Positions 59,297 to 64,000 of a stretch of 64,000 nt of DNA are shown piece by piece. The DNA comes from Batkoa obscura (Eukaryota), in assembly GCA_030770535.1 (NCBI GenBank), contig JASVEC010000021.1, positions 620,001 through 684,000 on the forward strand, read 5' to 3'. Under the pieces are notes generated by a model, which did no database searches, was not told where the DNA came from, and saw nothing but the letters and a program-made list of their open reading frames with translations. Every line of letters starts with the position of its first letter. Position 1 is the first letter of the stretch. The translations under genes and the position numbers were made by a program.

Positions 59297-60097
59297 ATGG
59301 GTAAAAAAAACTGTATTCAAGCTTGTGACCAATGTAAAAAAAAACATCGCAAATGTATCTTTGAAGAGAATTCTTGTTATTATTGTCGAAAAGAAGGGAA
59401 TCAATGTACTTATGCTATGGAAAATAACAAACGTGGGAAGATGAGAGAGAGAGAAATAGCAATGATGAATCAAATGGAAAATAGAATTCAATGTATTAAA
59501 GTGGATAATACTTTCATTAATTTTGATCCAAGTAATATTCATTTACTTTATAATGATTTGACTCAAGACAATGGAGAAGATAGTAATGAGGAAACTAATG
59601 ATATTAGTGTGGCTAATGATAGCTTAGCAAGAAGCAGTGGCAATATTGTATATGATCAAGTTATTTCATTTAGTACATCAATGGAGTATCCTCATCAAGT
59701 CAAATCGAACGTTCATATATTACCAGAAAATTGCTCTTTAGCTCCACTTTATATTAATCCTCAGTTAATAGATAGTAGTTTTAATCAAGAGCTTTGGAGA
59801 TCGCCACCTATAACTACTTCTCCTTTTGATAGTATGAATTATGGTTTAAACATGTATCCAAACATAGACCAAGAGGGTGACTATGACTTAAATATGTATT
59901 CAAGAATTAGAGAAGGAAGCGACCAAGACCTAAATGTATATGCAAACATTGAATTAAGAGCTGGCTATAATTTAAATATATGTTCCAATGCAAACCAGAG
60001 TATGAGTAGTTACATGCCAAACAGTGGAATTATAAGTAATGGAAATTTTTATTTTGATCCCTATTTTCAATCATCTTATTCAAAATCCGAATATTAA
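59297..60097 (+). CDS. Zn(II)2Cys6 protein, 266 aa, paralog of 41151-41648
   Basis: ACDQCKKKHRKC......CYYC......CTY...NNKRG and shared NFD.SNIHLLY block. Confidence 0.85.
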   Translation: MGKKNCIQACDQCKKKHRKCIFEENSCYYCRKEGNQCTYAMENNKRGKMREREIAMMNQMENRIQCIKVDNTFINFDPSNIHLLYNDLTQDNGEDSNEETNDISVANDSLARSSGNIVYDQVISFSTSMEYPHQVKSNVHILPENCSLAPLYINPQLIDSSFNQELWRSPPITTSPFDSMNYGLNMYPNIDQEGDYDLNMYSRIREGSDQDLNVYANIELRAGYNLNICSNANQSMSSYMPNSGIISNGNFYFDPYFQSSYSKSEY

Positions 60098-61090
60098 TTC
60101 TCTTGTAAACTAAATATTTAATCTTAGTCTCTTTTTAATCTTGGTATTCTATTCAATATCAAAATGGCGTAATAGTATACAAGTTTGGTGAAGAATTCTA
60201 TACCATTTTCGAAAGACATTGATTATCAATTTCAAAAATCAACACCTTAAAGAATTTTATAATCTGATTTATTATTTTTAAATATAACTTTTCCACCTCA
60301 ATACATTTTCATATAATCATCATAGAACACAATCAATACACTAAAATTTCCACCAACTTAATGCCATCTTTCCAGCTTTGCAAGTAAGCATTTCGATTTA
60401 AACTATGTTTCTAAACTAGTAGTTTAGATCCTTCTAATCACCTTTTAATTAATTGTATTATTATTATATTAATAATACTATTGATATGATTTAAACTAAT
60501 ATTACTTTTTAAATTTTCGTTTTTGGCACCGGGTGCTAACTATATGATTTCATTTTATATAATAAATCTACTTTCCTAACATTTTTATAATTTAAAAAAA
60601 TAACAAGTTTTAGTTAATATTAATATTAATAAAAAACGTTTAAATTTAAACTAGAATAAACATTGAAATTCTAAATATCCTTAAATATTAAATTAATAAG
60701 CAAACCACAACTATTGACTCAGCAACATACACAAACATTACAAATAATACATAATATGTGAGATGTTTATAAAATTTAATATTTATATTCTTTTTTCCGT
60801 TTTTATCATTACTTTCAAAAGAAGCGCTATTTTCCTTTTAAAGTAATTACGATGGCTTCCTTTTTTATTGATCATTTTGAATGTCAAGGTTAGTATAATG
60901 GTTTTTTATTGAATTTTTTGATTATTTTGTATTTTGTTAAGTTTTCATAATTGAATTAATAAAATTAATTTTAACAAAAAAAATTGCCATTTTACTTTTT
61001 TTTGTTTTAAACTTAAATACAAATATTTTTTTAAATTTAAAACCTTAATCAAATCAAAACTTTTAATTGCTTTATTAGTGTATTTAAAGA

Positions 61091-61193
61091 TATTAGTATG
61101 TTTTTTTGGCTTCATTACTTTTTCACCTTTTGAACACTACTTGAGCGGAAAAAGTGTTAGCAAAATTCTTAAACGTAAAAATACATCCCCATA
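61091..61193 (+). mobile_element. ~100 bp MITE copy
   Basis: ATGTTTTTTTGGCTTCATTAC...AAAAATACATCCCCATA. Confidence 0.8.
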
Positions 61194-61370
61194 TGTTTCA
61201 ATAATCTAAATTGATCTAAGAGATCACTCAAAACGGATAGTTTGGTCACAAGCATTATTGCCAAGGCATTTAGTTACTCAGTAACTATCTTCTTACTAAG
61301 CAATTCATTATTCAATGGAAAAGTAAGTGGTTGAAAAATTAGAACCCAGATTCTTTATGACTCAACAACA

Positions 61371-61571
61371 TATGGAACGTATTTTTGTAAGAATTTTACT
61401 AACAATCTTCCTACTCAAATAGGGCCCAAAAATAAAAAAGTGATGAAATCAAAAAAAACATTACCATATGGGGATATGTTTTTGTGTTTAAGAATTTTAT
61501 TAACAATTTTTCCGCTTAAATAGCGCTTAATAAATGGAAAAAATAATGAAGTTAAAAAAAACACTCCCATA
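61371..61571 (-). mobile_element. Two head-to-tail MITE copies (61371-61468 and 61467-61571)
   Basis: Two family cores joined at ACATTACCA-TA-TGGGGATA. Confidence 0.85.
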
Positions 61572-61773
61572 TGCTTTATTGTTCATATAAAGGGTTGAAA
61601 ACATAAAGTAGGTTGCCAAGTAAACATAATGGGGTTTATTTTTATATTTTATCTAAAAAAAAAGATTTTAAATAATTTGTGAAGTATTTAATATTGATTT
61701 TTTTAAAATTCAAGTCGTATATTGTATATTTTATTAAAATCGAATATTAATCAATACAATTATCAATATAATA

Positions 61774-61877
61774 CATGGGGATGTTTTTTTGGCTTCACTA
61801 CTTTTTCCATCTTTTAAGGGCTATTTGAGTGGAAAAATTGTTAGTAAAATTCTTAAACAAAAAAACACATCACCATA
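61774..61877 (+). mobile_element. ~100 bp MITE copy
   Basis: ATGGGGATGTTTTTTTGGCTTCA...AAAAACACATCACCATA. Confidence 0.85.
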
Positions 61878-62564
61878 TAGATAGATAATAATAAGTCTTT
61901 AAATAAAGATAGAATTTATGATGTTATATGTTTGAGTATGCAGCGAATAAAGAATAAGAAAGAAGAGAATTATTTAAATACAGATCTAGAGCTTTTTGCT
62001 ATTAATATTTTATAAAATAAAATAAAAATTAATTAATATCATATTGTATTATATTAAAATAATCCCATGTTGAATCCTTGAAAAATAAACCTTTTATGTT
62101 TAGTAACTAATAAAAAACAATGAGCTATAATCCCAGATAAATGAAACCTTTTCTTGCTATGAATACATGTTACAAGTTTATAATTTCAATTAAAATAACA
62201 TAGTTAATATTTCAATGTTTATTGATAATTTTGGATAAACAGTACTTTCCAAATATTAAAAAGAAATATCCCAATACCCTTCTTTATAATAAATAGGTGG
62301 CCTAAACTTCAAGAACTTCCTTACCTTAATATTTTCCTTTCGATCAAATCTCTTATTTTCTTTTCTATTTTTCTTCAATTTAATTAAACCTAGTCCTTCT
62401 CTCTTTCTATACCTTGATTATTATCCGACCAATATTAAGTAAATTCTTCTTTTCATAACAACTGAGTCTAAATAAATGAATCCAAAAAATAGAATCCCTG
62501 CTTTTTATTCAATTGTTAGCTTTATCTTATTGTTATTCTTAAATTTATCAGAAATTTGCTTTTA

Positions 62565-62665
62565 TATGGGAACGTATTTTTGTGTTTAAGAATTTTACTA
62601 ACAATTTTTCCGTTCAAATGTGCTTAAAGATGGAAAAAGTAATGAAGTAAAAAAACACCCTCATA
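62565..62665 (-). mobile_element. ~100 bp MITE copy
   Basis: TATGGGAACGTATTTTT...AAAAAAACACCCTCATA. Confidence 0.8.
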
Positions 62666-63026
62666 TTTACTTTAAACCAGCTTAAACATCTTCAGTTTTC
62701 TTTATATTGTCAGCTTTACTTGATTTTCTCTGATGATTTATGTATTTTAAATCTACGATTAATAACTTACCTTGAAGTCTTACTAGCTAACAAAATAAAC
62801 TATCTTATCCCTCCTTGAAATTCAAAATCTGATAAGCCATTTTTACTTCCATTATTTATATTATATCACTTATCAATATTCAATTTTTCAGAAATCAAAA
62901 GTTATTATTATTATTTATCATTATAATAAACAATAAGTAAAATTATCAGAAACTCTTCTTTAATATACTATAACGTGAACTTTATTCTATAAAAAATAAC
63001 TCAATTCTTCATCTCCTCACCCCTCT

Positions 63027-64000
63027 TTAAAACAATAAATTTCTAATAAATTCCAATTTCAATTGGAATCCCCACATCATCAAATTAGGCTCCATTTTTC
63101 CTATATAGCTAGTTATCAATAGCCCATTTTCAATCACTTCAATTAAACAAGTATCTAATTGTTTGATTTGTTTAATTGATTCAAAATTTAAACTATTATA
63201 ATTCTGTTCTTCATTTTCATTATTGATAATAATCTTGAAGTTATTCTTATCATTATCTGAATTATTATTGATTAAATTAATATTCCCTTCTTTAATACTT
63301 TGTTTAACAATAAATACATTGTTTTCAATCATTTTTTCTACCATTGAGTGATTCCATTCAATATTAAATTGTTGATTAAATCTTAATACATTCAATACAC
63401 CTCTCGTAACTTCATTCAAACAATTCAATACAATTGCATAATCTTCTAAATTATTTAAATTCTCTTTTAATATTTGAATAATTTTAAAATAAAACATCAT
63501 TATTTTATTATTCCATAATGGCCAGCCAATCAATAATTTATTCATTTTATTGTTCAATATAAACATATTACTAATTCGAATAGTAATTAGTAATATTATT
63601 TTACTTTTTAATTTATTATTTTGAATTTCATATTCTATAATTCTCAACAAAAATTCAAATAAATGAACTTTAATACAATAAAATTGATGATTTGGATTAA
63701 ACCTAGCTACATTAAATAAATATTCAAGTATTGGTAATTGATGTAATTCCATTAATGTACTTCCATTAACTGGTGAAAAATAATAAGTTTGTAATAATAA
63801 TTGATTTTTTACTTTAATTAATTTTAAATCTAATTCATTCTTGATACTATTTTTAATTAATTTTAATATCCATTTTCTTTCTGCATTTGAATTTTTATGA
63901 AATCCTTCCATCATCTTACTAAAAAAGGGCAACTCTTTGAAATTCAAATTAGGTTTAGCTAAGAGATATCGATTAATTAAAAGATACATTGAATGTTTTG
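63027..64000 (-). CDS. URB1: 3' end of nucleolar pre-ribosomal-associated protein 1 (Urb1/Npa1)-like gene; begins beyond the window
   Basis: MYLLINRYLLAKP.L....LPFF......NSNAERKWIL.LI..SI....D matches the C-terminal NopRA1 domain pattern. Confidence 0.72.
   Translation of the reverse strand, partial: KHSMYLLINRYLLAKPNLNFKELPFFSKMMEGFHKNSNAERKWILKLIKNSIKNELDLKLIKVKNQLLLQTYYFSPVNGSTLMELHQLPILEYLFNVARFNPNHQFYCIKVHLFEFLLRIIEYEIQNNKLKSKIILLITIRISNMFILNNKMNKLLIGWPLWNNKIMMFYFKIIQILKENLNNLEDYAIVLNCLNEVTRGVLNVLRFNQQFNIEWNHSMVEKMIENNVFIVKQSIKEGNINLINNNSDNDKNNFKIIINNENEEQNYNSLNFESIKQIKQLDTCLIEVIENGLLITSYIGKMEPNLMMWGFQLKLEFIRNLLF

Noticed and set aside
1..64000. Alternative genetic code suggested by in-frame TAA/TAG in relics
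   Set aside because: Conserved genes (RPS8, RPL28, HSP20, trypsins) end at TAA at the expected positions and have no internal stops.

Overview
AT-rich, intron-containing eukaryotic DNA from a fungus: Zn2Cys6 factors, Rtt109, Och1-type GT32 and MSH1, with mostly ~45-80 nt GT-AG introns. Kinesin-13, eL28, intronless trypsins and F-box/LRR genes suggest an early-diverging, Conidiobolus-like lineage (inference). There are about 26 protein genes, several missed or fragmented by the ORF track (V-ATPase subunit f, RPS8, RPL28, PhLP1, MSH1, a PRMT3-type zinc-finger gene). Main structural features: (1) a ~1.5 kb head-to-head HSP20 gene pair duplicated as a near-identical inverted repeat around an 8.8 kb segment, with the second copy between two tandem trypsin genes; (2) 13 copies of a ~100 bp TIR-bounded MITE; (3) a secreted Thr/Ser mucin built from nested repeats; (4) decayed coding relics, including a class 3 lipase pseudogene. 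Protein oddities are a stand-alone PRMT3 zinc finger, a single-TOG CLASP with tau-like motifs, an Rtt109 without the K290-equivalent lysine and a cyclin lacking the cyclin-box Lys/Glu. No tRNA, rRNA, CRISPR or intact transposase was seen. All family calls are by motif recognition, not database search.
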